This document shows, piece by piece, positions 12,298-23,266 of a stretch of DNA of 64,000 bases. Positions within the stretch are counted from its first letter, which is position 1; each line of letters starts with the position of its first letter. A program made the translations under genes and the position numbers. Under the pieces are notes generated by a model. That model saw only the letters and a program-made list of their open reading frames with translations. It was not told where the DNA came from and did not search any database. The stretch covers positions 1,178,001-1,242,000 of the forward strand of contig NW_026515671.1 in the NCBI RefSeq assembly GCF_025526975.1, written 5' to 3'. Origin of the DNA: Fimicolochytrium jonesii. Lineage: Eukaryota.

Positions 12298-13371
12298 ATG
12301 AGCTACAATATTACATCGCTATTCGGCGGAAGCAACATATCCATCGCGCTAGGCCTCCCCGGCTACTGGGGTCCTGTAACGTCAACTCTCGACTGGTGCG
12401 AAGAAAACTACATCGTATCGCCATATCTCGCTGAATGGTGGAATGCAACAACCAACCTGGTGTTCTTATTATGGCCCGCAATCGGAATATATTCGTGCAT
12501 CAAGACAGGCGCTGAGCCAAGGTTCTACGCGAGTTACATCGCGTTAATGATGGTGGGCAGTGGGAGTTTCTTGTTCCATGGATCGTTGACGTACGCAATG
12601 CAACTTTTGGATGAGTTGCCGATGGCGATGGCCACGTGCGTCTTTGTGTATTGCCAGTAAGTACTGTCATCATCGTTCCTAATGCAGTCCCAAAAGCTGG
12701 CGACTGACTTTACATCTTCCTTCTCTTCCAGTCTCCAGATGTTCAGCAAGAACACATCTCCGCTCACAATCATTGGCCTTCTCTGCACTTTCGCGTCGGT
12801 GGCAGGATCGCACCTCTTCCTGAAGACGCCAATCATTTTCCAGCTTTCATTCGTCGGTCTCACGCTTGTGCAGTTGTTTGCGGCACTCCGCAATATCAGC
12901 ATCATTCGCAAAATCCACCCAAGTGAAACAAATCTTTTGTTTGGCCTCACCGCCTTGGCCGTCGGTTCGATTTTGGCTGCCTTCGCGTTGTGGAACACGG
13001 ACCAGATTCACTGCGGATCCATTCAACAGCACCGCAACAATATTGGCTACCCGTTCCGCATCGGTCTCGAGCTTCACGCTTGGTGGCACTTGTTGAGCGG
13101 ATACAGTGGATATGTATCCGTCATTGGATCACAATACTGCCGCATGCTTGCTCTCGGCAGGACAGATGTGGAGGTGACATGGATTGCGGGCATTCTGCCC
13201 ATGTGCACTTTCCGACGAGTGAAGAACATCGAGCAGCAGCCAAGATCAAGACCGGTCTCTGCGCCCACCAGGCACATTCGTAAGCCCTCGATGGGCGAGG
13301 ATGAGCGCGGTTCCGTTAGAACGCATGTGACCCGCGTAACAGCGAGGCCGCATTCGGCTGCTAGGCCCTAA
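12298..13371 (+). CDS. Alkaline ceramidase (Ypc1/Ydc1/ACER3 family), 2 exons
   Basis: GYWGPVTSTLDWCEENY, AEWWNATTN, VGSGSFLFHGSL.Y.MQLLDELPM, ELHAWWHLLSG. Confidence 0.93.
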
Positions 13372-13823
13372 GAGCCGCTCGGGCATTTTGGTTCAATCCT
13401 AGTAGATGGATAGCGACGTATCGTACCTGCCCGGCTTATTAACAGCCCTATTCCCCCGCATTTTTCAGGTCTTGTCGTAGACGTAGACGTAGCATTTGTA
13501 GATATACGTCATGTGTGCAGCATCTTATGTGTTTACTACGCAGTCAACTTCACTGCAATGTTATTCCGTCAAATTCTTCAAAACTACCTGGGGTTTGAAA
13601 GTGCTGGTACTGTACATGCCTGAGATCATGATGGCGTTTGCATTCACGAAGAGTAAGTACAAGGAAGAATGGACCGAAGAAGTAAAGATACATTAGGGGG
13701 CGGACGCATGACACGTGCAGGCATGGTGAGACTACGCCGGGGAAAGGGTATACTGCCCCATCCATAGATGAAGCCAAGATATCCCCGGTTATAAGTGGGG
13801 CTAGTGTCTGGGTATGAGGTTGA

Positions 13824-14472
13824 CTATGAGGTCGTTGTGATTTCTAAGGCGGCCGTTTGATTTTCGATATCCGGCGGCGGTGAATAAGGCGAAAGCGGAT
13901 ATAAATGCATTACGCTCGACATTTCCGGCTGAATCTGGGTTTCGTGCGCGGGTCTGGTGGACGCTGGCGATGGAGGATTCGTTGGAGGTTGATGTACTGT
14001 TATTGGAGAATCACTTGTTGGGATGACCGCCTGGGACTGCGCTGCAGGCCATGGTTGCTCCTCGTACGGCAGATCGACGACCGACAGAACCAGCGTTGGT
14101 CCGTCAACCTCTGTCCTACTAGACCAATTGTCTGCATTCAGCGTTTCACTTCGCGGGTCGTTCGCTGCCCGGTACGCGGCGGCCGCCCTGTCCATTAAAG
14201 TGTAAGGTGGCGGGCAGTCCGTCCGCCCTGTATATATCGGCAATGTTCGAATGCTGAGAGTGTCGTCGCATCCATATGGATAATATGGAGGTTCCATTTG
14301 GTCATGATCGACGACGGGAGGTTTCATCCTGCTTCGCATGGCCCTTACTGTAAGTGCAACGATTATCTACGCTACCAAAAATCCGTTAGCGTCAGGCGTG
14401 CGGATCAGAAAACCAAGACAGCATTCCTACCAAGGAGATGCATCCGAGCAAAACGGTAGCTTCCGAACCCAT
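13824..14472 (-). CDS. Single-pass membrane protein with PY motifs (putative Rsp5/Nedd4 adaptor), 2 exons
   Basis: Exon 14472-14431 (MGSEATVLLGCISL), intron GTAGGA..GCTAAC..TAG, then exon from 14366 (IIVALTVRAMRSR...). The join gives a hydrophobic anchor followed by basic residues, then PPYY, LPIY and PPPY. Confidence 0.6.
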
Positions 14473-15763
14473 AGCGCCAGGGAGGAAAAACGTAATTATC
14501 GCGTAAAAACAAAAGTCTTGTAGGTGGTGAGGGTAGGTAACTTGGGCAGAACCACAAAAGGCCTTTGTAGTAAGAGCGGATTGCAGAGTGAAAAACAGTT
14601 TCGGTATTCTATCTAGTACAGTAATATGGCCTCTGGTCTAAAAGTCAACCGCCGTCCTATATATGTAAACGTTGCTCTCGCTCGCTGAAACTTTTTCGGA
14701 TTCCGATTAGTCCGCACCACGGCTTTTGACGAAGACCGACAATAATCAAGCCCAAGCAGCCCAGCGGAGAAGGCCTGGGAGAAGGCTGCCGATATCATCA
14801 AGCCTCGATCAACGAACGGATTCATATCCGAGTTGTAGGCGCCCTGGCGGTGGGCGGCAGGATAACCAACGACGCGTCGTGTCAAGGGAATCGGGATGTC
14901 CTTCCACGAGCTGCCTTCGTCACACGCCTTACCTCACACTCTCACAAGGCCCATCCCCGGGTAGATTCATCCTGGTGTGCCCACTGTCGATGCCCATCTC
15001 TTCTTGAAGTTGAATTGACGTAGCGACGGGCGTGCAGGCAGGGGGACCCACCATGTCCCAGGAACTTTTCCTCGTCGCCATCTCATGATTTTCATCTCCC
15101 GGGAGCCGATCAAGCGCCCACTGTCGAAGTCGGCTGGTGGGCGACATTACCAAATGAAAAGCTTTGAATGGTCATTTGTGCGAGGCGACGCAGAAGATGC
15201 AGAAGATACAGTGGCGTCTCGGTTAAATATCCTCTTCACGTACTGTATATCCCGGTTTCAGACATATCCCACGCCGCCAGCGACGCCCAGCTGAGACACG
15301 ACTGGTGAAGGTGAAGGAGCTCTTGAAAGTAAGAGTCGTCCTGGAGTCGAAGCGCCGCCGTCACTCTGTTACTTCCAGCCTCCTCAGTCGTGAAGTCAGA
15401 GGTCAAGAAGGACGACGATAGCTTAAGGAGAGCAAGATATTTCTTTGTACAACGTGCTTCATGATTAAATGCACAAACCCCGCATAAAACATGGGAATCA
15501 AACGACAAAAAGGGGGGGGATGGGAAAAGGCCTACATAGAAACACCGCGCGTACGCGAGAGGGGGTTTTTTGCATACACAATTCCTTCCGGGGACTCGGC
15601 TTCCCCTGTAGCGAAGGAGGAAAAAAAGCCTTGCCTCACGTATAGCAACTTGGGAGCTGAGTGCCGTTGGTCGCACTGAACGAGACCGATAGGTCCAGAA
15701 CTTTCCCGCCAAAACGGTGTGAACCACTCCGACAAGAGCCGTCACTGGTGACCGCTAACAGGA

Positions 15764-18700
15764 TTACCACATGCGCTGTGGTTGCTGCTGTTGAATCTTT
15801 TGTTGAGACCCCTGTGGTTGCGCCTGACCTCCAAAGTTTTGAGGCCGCCCAGAACCCGGGGCCGCTCCAATCGGTCCTGCTGGTGAGTTCAATGGAACGG
15901 GAATGTTACCTCCGCCAGTGGGTGGGGGTGTGGATGTAGGGCCCATGTATCCAAGGGGAAAGAACCCAGGTGCCAACAGATGGCTTGCAGAGGACGCTTC
16001 AAGTCCGGGTGATCTGCCGCCTGGAGGAGGCGAGAACGCCGTAAGATTTGGGCTTGTCCCGGTCCTGTGTCTTCCAGGCTCTGCAGATGTACAGTAAGAA
16101 TCGTGATGAGGGAACAGCACCCACAATGCTACTCACCAGTGAAGGTACTCTGCGTCCCCATGGGCTCCGTCACGGTCCACGTCCCACCAAACGGCGAAAA
16201 CCCGTCAAACATTCGAAGAGCGTTGTTCGCTGCACCAACATTTGGGGGAGTCCCCGCGCCAAAGACGTCCAGCGGATGTTGCGCTCCCATAGATCCCGGA
16301 GGTATGGACATTGCGACAGCTGGTGGACCCGACATTCCGTTGGATGGCACAGACGGTCGGCGCCATGCCGAGCCACCCGTGATCCGCTCGTCGTCGTTCA
16401 GGACCTCCCCACCGAGGGCTGCACTCCCAGCTACACCTTCGTCATCGTCCCTGACACCCATCCGCGCGAAATTCTCCAATCCTTGGGACGGGACCGCTGA
16501 CGGGCGTCGGATAGGAGCTGGCCGCGAGATCGGCTTGTTCCCACCTATGGGTTGCACTGCATTGTCTGACTGTAGATGCCGGACAGAATGTGCTTGTGAG
16601 ACGCCGCCAGATTGTGCTTGGCCAGGATGGTACCCTAGAGGGAGCGGCGCTTGTTCGGGTGCGCCCCAACCGATGGCGGGGAATGATGCATTGGCAAACA
16701 AGTCCGGTGGGCTTTGAGCGTCACCGAGCATAGAACTACTTGAGGGTGGAGGGGGTATTGCATTGGGTTGCTGATGTGCGGGAGGACCTGGTAGATAATG
16801 AGGAAGCGGCTGTCCATGGAGCATAGCGCTATGGAGGGGAGGCTGCCCAAACATCGGCCCTGGTCGCTGCCCTGGGACTCCAAATGCCATCGGATGACGG
16901 TTGTTGCTTGGCTGACCCGGATGTTGTCCATGAGGAGACAGCGAATTGGGGTGAGGGGCCGCGGTTACAGTCTGGCCTGAGCGGCCAGCTTGGCTCGGCA
17001 CGGAATTTGTCGGATGCGGCGGCGGACTGGTAGGTGCATTTGAGAGCGGACCAGAAGCGGATGGAGGCCGCTGTATCTGCGAGCCCGGTGCGCCCGAAGA
17101 GAATTGAGGCTTGGACCCAGGCCGAACTGCCAACGCCGGCGCACGGCCACCGAGAGTCGAACGGGTTGAGTGAGGTTGATTCGACGGCGATGAATGCCCC
17201 TTGAATTGTGGTCCTGACACAGCTGCAGCTTTTCCAGGAGGCGACTTTGCACTCTTAGCCTGCTGATGTCGTAGCTGCGCTTCTTGTCGTTGTTTCTCGG
17301 CACGTGCGCGGTCCTCCTGATCGCGTCGCTCCTTCTCTTCCCGATCGCGCTGTTCGCGTTCTTCCTGCTCTCTCTTCTCTCTTTCCTTCCGTTCCTTGTC
17401 TTCTCGCTCTTTCTTCTCGCGGTCTTCACGTTCCCGTTTTTCCCGCTCAAGACGTTCGCGCTCTTCCTTCTCTCGCTTCTTCCGCTCTTCAGCTTCGCGT
17501 TGCTTCCGTTTCTCTTCCTCTTTCCGGAGCTTTTCGGCTTCTCGCTTTTTCCGTTCTTCCTCCTCTCGACGTGCCTTCTCTTCCTCACGTTTTTGCTTTT
17601 CAGCTTCGCGCTTCAGCCTGAGGATGAGGATTTGAGTCCTTACTTCCTAACACACATGATGTTCAAAATTAACCCACCGCTCAGCTTCTTGCTTTGCCTC
17701 CTTCTCCGCCCGAAGCCGCTCTTCTTCTTCCTGTTTCTTCTTCTCCAGCGCTAGCTGCTCTTCTTCCTTTTGCTGCTTTTGTGCTCTGATGCCAAAAGTG
17801 TCGTTAGAAGACCAGAAAATGATCGCAACCCCACCGTCGCAAAATCAGGCTTACTTTTTCTGCTGTCGCTTCTTCTCCTTGTTCTTTTGCCGAGTCAGCT
17901 CGCGAAGCGCCTGCAGCTCCTTTTCTTTCTCCAACTCGGCCAGCAGATGCATTTGTCGCTCCTGTGCGACCTTCATTGCACGGACCCATAATCAGCTTTG
18001 CGATGTAAGCGCATAAAGTTTCAGTTGACAGCGTACCTTCTCGCGATACGCTTGAAGTACTCGTTGCTCAAACATTTTCGCAGCAAATATTTGGAACATT
18101 CGCCTGCCTTCTTCCATCCGCTGCTCCTCGGTGAGCGTGTCCTGCATGATATCGTCAGAAACGCACGCCTGCCACAACAACAACCAGCCTGACCCCGTAC
18201 CTCCTCTTCCTCCTCGTCATACTCTTCGTCATCGTATTCACCGTCATCATATTCCTGTCCTCCATCACCATTCCGATCCATCTCATCGTCCAGCTGGCGA
18301 ATTTTCCGTTCCGCTAGTTGTTCCATGAGATCGAGAAATTTGCGACCGTCATTTTTCAGAAAGTCGTCAGCAACCGTCAAAATCCCGCCTTTTCAAGAAA
18401 GAATAGATCGAAAATAGGTTGAGCGTCACCGTATGATCGCCTCGACGCGAACATGTTTTTTTGACGCACCTTTGACTGTCAGACTACTTCCAAATTCGAA
18501 GATGCTTTCGGATGGATCGTGATCGTACTCATCGTCATCATCGTCTTCCTCGTCGTCGTCCTCCTCGTCATCATCATATATCGGTTCTGGCACCGGGTGA
18601 GTATGCCGTCCATTATGAAGTGGGGGCGCCGCCCTTATTGCTGGCACAGCAATAGGCCGTGGCGTTCCATCTGAGAGGAGCTCTCCGGCGTAAAGAAATT

Positions 18701-19686
18701 GAAAAGTACCACGGGAAGCCACACAAAGGATTTCGTACCTTGGTCGTTCGCGAAATGCTCGAGCTCCTCGTAGTAAGCATCATAGAGAATCTCCAGTTCC
18801 TCTTCAATAACAGTTCTGTAATTCATCCTATTAGGTGTGAAACGGACATTCTTTCGAGCGTCCAATATGATATACCAACCTTTTCCTCCCACAGACAGAA
18901 CACGAGCATGTCTGCTTTTGCTGCTCCTTCATCTTTTTCAGCACTGCTTCCTTCTCAAGCTTGACCAACGCCCTCCGCTCCTCTTCACCCAACTGGAGCC
19001 AGAACTCCCTGATGCGCTGCTTCTCCTCCGCATCTGATTTGTACCAGATGTCGGCATGCTGATGGCTATGACCAGCAGTGGACCCTCGTTTCTTCTTTTT
19101 CTTCTTTTTCCCTTCGGAGTTATTCCGTGGCTGATAAGCTGGGCTTGTCTCGTCATCGTCCGTCAAGGGTTCGTCTCCAGGAGACAGTGACTGTTGGTGG
19201 GATGCGGTATGGTCGCGGTTCTGGCCCCGTCCGCGCGCGTGGTAAACCTCTTCGTCCACGTATCCATCGTCAAGCTCCTCATCGTCCACATGTCCCTGCG
19301 GGGTCGCGCCGTTCGACGTCGCATGTTGGTGCGTGTGATGGCTTGGGGAATGACCAGGTCCTTTCGAGCCTTTCTTTCCCTGCTTAAGCCAACATGTGTA
19401 AACCAGTGTTGACCTGCTATTCGAAGGACTCCCTTCATCTGCATACCTTTTTGCGCCTTCCGACGGATGCGGCTTGATCATGCGCAGGACGTGCTCCGGC
19501 TGGTAATGGCATTTGATGTGACTGCGCCTGAGGCGGTGTAGTACTCGTGGGAACTGGAGTAGCGGGATTCACGGTATGCAAGATAGTCGCAGTTTTCGAG
19601 CCGTCTTTGCTGCAAATAATCATGCGCTGTTTGTACGCTGCTTCGCCTTTCGAATCGGCTCCAGGGGGTATACGCGACGTCAGCAT
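15764..19686 (-). CDS. NST1: Nst1 / salt-tolerance-downregulator family protein, multi-exon
   Basis: [135 protein letters not shown]; long E/K/R coiled coil and P/Q tail. Confidence 0.92.
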
Positions 19687-20449
19687 TCTTTATGGGCCCT
19701 CAAAGAGGACGCCTCTTGGAGAGCCACTATCAGCCTTTTGAGGCACGCGAAGAGTGATGTCCACAGGAAGGGACCTGCAACATGTGGAGTATAATTGCAA
19801 GGGGCAGACAAGAATGAGAAGAGCTTTCAAGCAAGATACGTGTAGCCATGACCAAAACCATTGGCTCAAGTAGCTACTCTCCGCCCATCCGCCCATCAGT
19901 CGATGTCAAGGACCCAACTGGGCCACTTAGAAAGTGGAAACACCTAGGTTCTTCAAAGCCGAAAGCACTAACTCCCATGAAAGCACTCCCAAACACTCAC
20001 GTTAGCTCAACCAATATCCCGCTCGTGGGCAGAACGCTTCGGCGGGCTTCGTGGGAAAATCGAAACCGCTCCAACTGATGACGGATTATTATAGGAGCCC
20101 GCTCAGGTTGAGCGAGCGAAGTAAGCGAGTGTCGTCTGACGGCCCTAGCGATGGCCCGTCACCAAGGTTGAGGTATTGAGAGCGGGTTGCCGAGCTAGGA
20201 ATGTTTCCGGCCGCCAAGATAGTCGCTTCCAGCCTGAGTGTTTGGCCAGTTCAATTCTACAGTAGTCTATTGACGTTGACAGACAGCAGGAAGGCAGCAG
20301 CAGTTGGTGGGTGTGGAGCTGAGCGGCTCATAGGACCGCCGACCGTGTGCTTTATTTATTTACCTTAATCAAGAGACAAGTCGTGCCCCGAAACTAAGCC
20401 CAGAAGCCCCTCTCGGACTTATGTAGGACGCGATTGGATGAGTTGTGGA

Positions 20450-20466
20450 AGGGTTAGGGTTAAGGG
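20450..20466. repeat. Interstitial telomeric-type motif AGGGTTAGGGTTA(AGGG)
   Basis: 13 nt of perfect (TTAGGG)n register plus an imperfect third unit, in a non-coding gap. Confidence 0.7.
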
Positions 20467-21400
20467 AATTGGCAAGATATCTCAGGAAATGCAGTGATGG
20501 CACGCTGATCAAGGATAGTGTTGAACATCTGAACAGCATACCTTGGGCTTTCCGTTTCCTTAAGTGATTGTGTCCTTGCTGCTAAGCTCGTGCAGCTCCG
20601 GACAGGAGCCTAATCTTTCATGTCCTATGCACGTGCAGCTGCTGTCGGGGCGCAACTCTTCTGATGCTCGTCTGCTTCGACAACCTTCACCAAACACTTA
20701 ACCGATGCGACCACCTCTGATGCACCGAGCACCAACCTGTTGATGCTGCTCGGTGTTTTTGGTGTGGTGTGATGGAAATTGAAATGAAGTCCCATACCGT
20801 TGGTCTCGCCAAATACGACCACATAATGGGCAGAATGTCTATGATTTTTTGGAGAACTTCTCGTCCGTACTGTACCTGTTGACGACTGTACATTGGCCTA
20901 TCTTGTGGCCTCCCTCTCGGCCGTGTCCACCCGTTGCAGAGTTTAGCAGGCCCGCCCACACAACGTGGGGCCGTCTTTGGCATTTATTCTCGGGTTGCGA
21001 ACGGGGCGGGCATCTAGAGCACCCAGGAACAACGGGTGACGCGTGCACGCCGCAGGGTTTCGACAGCGTGTGGTGCAGCTTTCACATGGGGGGGAACATG
21101 GGGCAAAAGGCGGGAATGTTCCACAGCAAAGAAAGGGGTTTTTGCATCCATCTCCATGTCCGGAAACCAAGGTGCCCCCCCTTCTTGCCTTCTTCGCCCG
21201 GTCACCTCAACCTCTTCCAAAACAGTTACTCGCCATCTCCATCAAGTGATCTTGCAAGATCAGCACCGGTAAGTCCTCCACCCAGTGAGGTGCCCCACGC
21301 ACCCCCACTTTCCCATTAAGAAAAACGTATTAACAGTTGACTGTTTCTCGTTTTCCCAGAAACACGCTCGCAAGCGAATATCCCGTACAAAAATTGAAGA

Positions 21401-21869
21401 ATGAGCACTACGGCAACGAACGACCCTCTGAACGAGTTCCCCACTCCCGTCGAGGCAGCTTTGAAAGGTCTCAATCCTAACCCAGAACCAATCGAGACCG
21501 GTCTTTCAACTCAGCCCGAACTTGTGGACCTTGTTGGCGGGTATGTTCACTTCTTTAGTCAATTTGATTTTCATTGCTAGACATGTCATCGAATAACACA
21601 AATGCTTCAGATTCCGAACACCATTGCATGCTCGCCACGTTCACGACCGACAGGCCCGCTCTGACTCTGACTATGAATATCATGACAACAGCAACAGCCG
21701 CAAGTCGTACAAGTCTCGTGCCCTCGCGAAAGCGCCCGAAGTGGGAGGATCCTATGAACAAGGTGTCGACCAGGGGGCGAACATTGTAGGCACGGTGCTG
21801 GCGACTGCATATGGCGTGGCGACCAAAGTTGTAGACAAGGTCCGACAGGTCACTGAAGGTAGCCGGTAG
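21401..21869 (+). CDS. Small hydrophilic hypothetical protein (about 132 aa), 2 exons
   Basis: ATG 21401; intron 21541-21610 (GTATGT..CAG) joins in frame to FRTPLHARH...GVATKVVDKVRQVTEGSR*. Confidence 0.6.
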
Positions 21870-22014
21870 TTTATGTATGTACTCAAATGGGAAACTAGCG
21901 AGGGATTAGCCTTCGAGCTTATATGCTGTAAATACGCCGAATGAGATTATGCTGACATCGACATAATGCTGACAACTGTCTACTGTGCGGCTATTTCCCT
22001 TGAAATCCATTCGT

Positions 22015-22977
22015 TCAAGCTATAAGGATCATGTTGACGGAACGATGTACGTCCAGGGTGACTCTCATGTACCCTCCTAATTTACGGTTCCCTAGATCTA
22101 CGCTTAGCTGCAGAGACCTCAGCCCAATCAGGTAACCAGGCATGAAGCGATCAACAAAGTCTTCCACTTCGGAATCGCTGAGCCCGCCCCGTCCGTGCGT
22201 GGCCGACTTCCTCAAGGCCTCCTCTTGCTGCTTTCTCCACAAGTACACATCGTTAATGTCAGAAGCGCATATATGCACAAGCACATCAAGCCACTTCCAC
22301 AATGCATGGTATTTGCGTAGATATTCGTTGAGCAGTTGAATGTGGGCGCTCGGGTACTTAGTAACGTGAGGCAGCAGTGTGGCAATTGGAGGATCGATGA
22401 AAGGATCCAGACGTAATGGTTCGAGAGAGGCGCCCTCCTCCATGCACTCGAAGCCCACACACCATCCTTCAAGAAGAACCACATCAAACGGTGGGCTCAC
22501 GGCGTCCCACTGCTCAAATGGTAGCCTATCGCCCCGTCCAGCTCGCAGGCCCTTATCATATCGCGGGATTCGTACGCTCACGCCCGCCTCCCCTCCCCGA
22601 CCAATCACGCCCCTTTGCAAATACTCGGTATGCGCGGCCACAAGCGCATTTAAAGTCTTCATCGCCAGCGGAACGTCGTGTGTCCCCGGGTTGCCCCGAT
22701 ACCGCAACAAATCGTTTTCTGGATTCTTCGCTGCCAGCGCCTCTTGCTCATCGTACGTGAGGTAAAAGTCGTCCAAGGACAGGCTTACAGCTGTCAGAGG
22801 GGTGGATGATCGAGCCAACCGCTGTTCAAGCTCCCGAGTCAACGTGGTCTTACCGCTCCCCTGAGGGCCCGATATACCCACGATGAAAGGGCGATTCGAG
22901 GTGCTGTCCTGAACATTTCGTTGGGCCTCAAGCCAACGACGGCACTGACGTTCGACAAGGTCTATGAGCTCCGACAT
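22015..22977 (-). CDS. TDA10: Tda10/YGR205W-like P-loop kinase (GLYK-type glycerate kinase family), intronless
   Basis: FIVGISGPQGSGKTT, SLDDFYLT, RGNPGTHD, PRYDK...GRGDR, LEGWCVGF, VYLWRKQQE, FVDRFMPGY. Confidence 0.9.
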   Translation of the reverse strand: MSELIDLVERQCRRWLEAQRNVQDSTSNRPFIVGISGPQGSGKTTLTRELEQRLARSSTPLTAVSLSLDDFYLTYDEQEALAAKNPENDLLRYRGNPGTHDVPLAMKTLNALVAAHTEYLQRGVIGRGGEAGVSVRIPRYDKGLRAGRGDRLPFEQWDAVSPPFDVVLLEGWCVGFECMEEGASLEPLRLDPFIDPPIATLLPHVTKYPSAHIQLLNEYLRKYHALWKWLDVLVHICASDINDVYLWRKQQEEALRKSATHGRGGLSDSEVEDFVDRFMPGYLIGLRSLQLSVDLGNRKLGGYMRVTLDVHRSVNMILIA

Positions 22978-23266
22978 GATCCCGGCTTGGTGTATAGAGT
23001 TCTTGTTGCTGGGAAACGGAAAAGCGAGAGGATTGGCGGAGAGAAGGGAACGTCACAAAACGCGACACAGTCATGGGCGGAGGCGGAACGTCGGAACCCG
23101 TCAATTCGCAAACAGCTTGATCGAGTCCCTCGAGTCCCGTTCATCCACATCTAAGAGAACAGTGCCATTTTGTCAGAAGACACTGTTCTACGCCGGGTAG
23201 AAACGTCAAAGCGTCATTTTCTTATCGGCGAATGCAGTAGTTGGTTGTTGTCTTGCTCCACTCAAA

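Noticed and set aside
14929..15480. Short minus-strand ORFs between NST1 and the PY-motif gene
   Set aside because: No domain signal and no consistent splice path into a CDS; probably UTR or promoter sequence.
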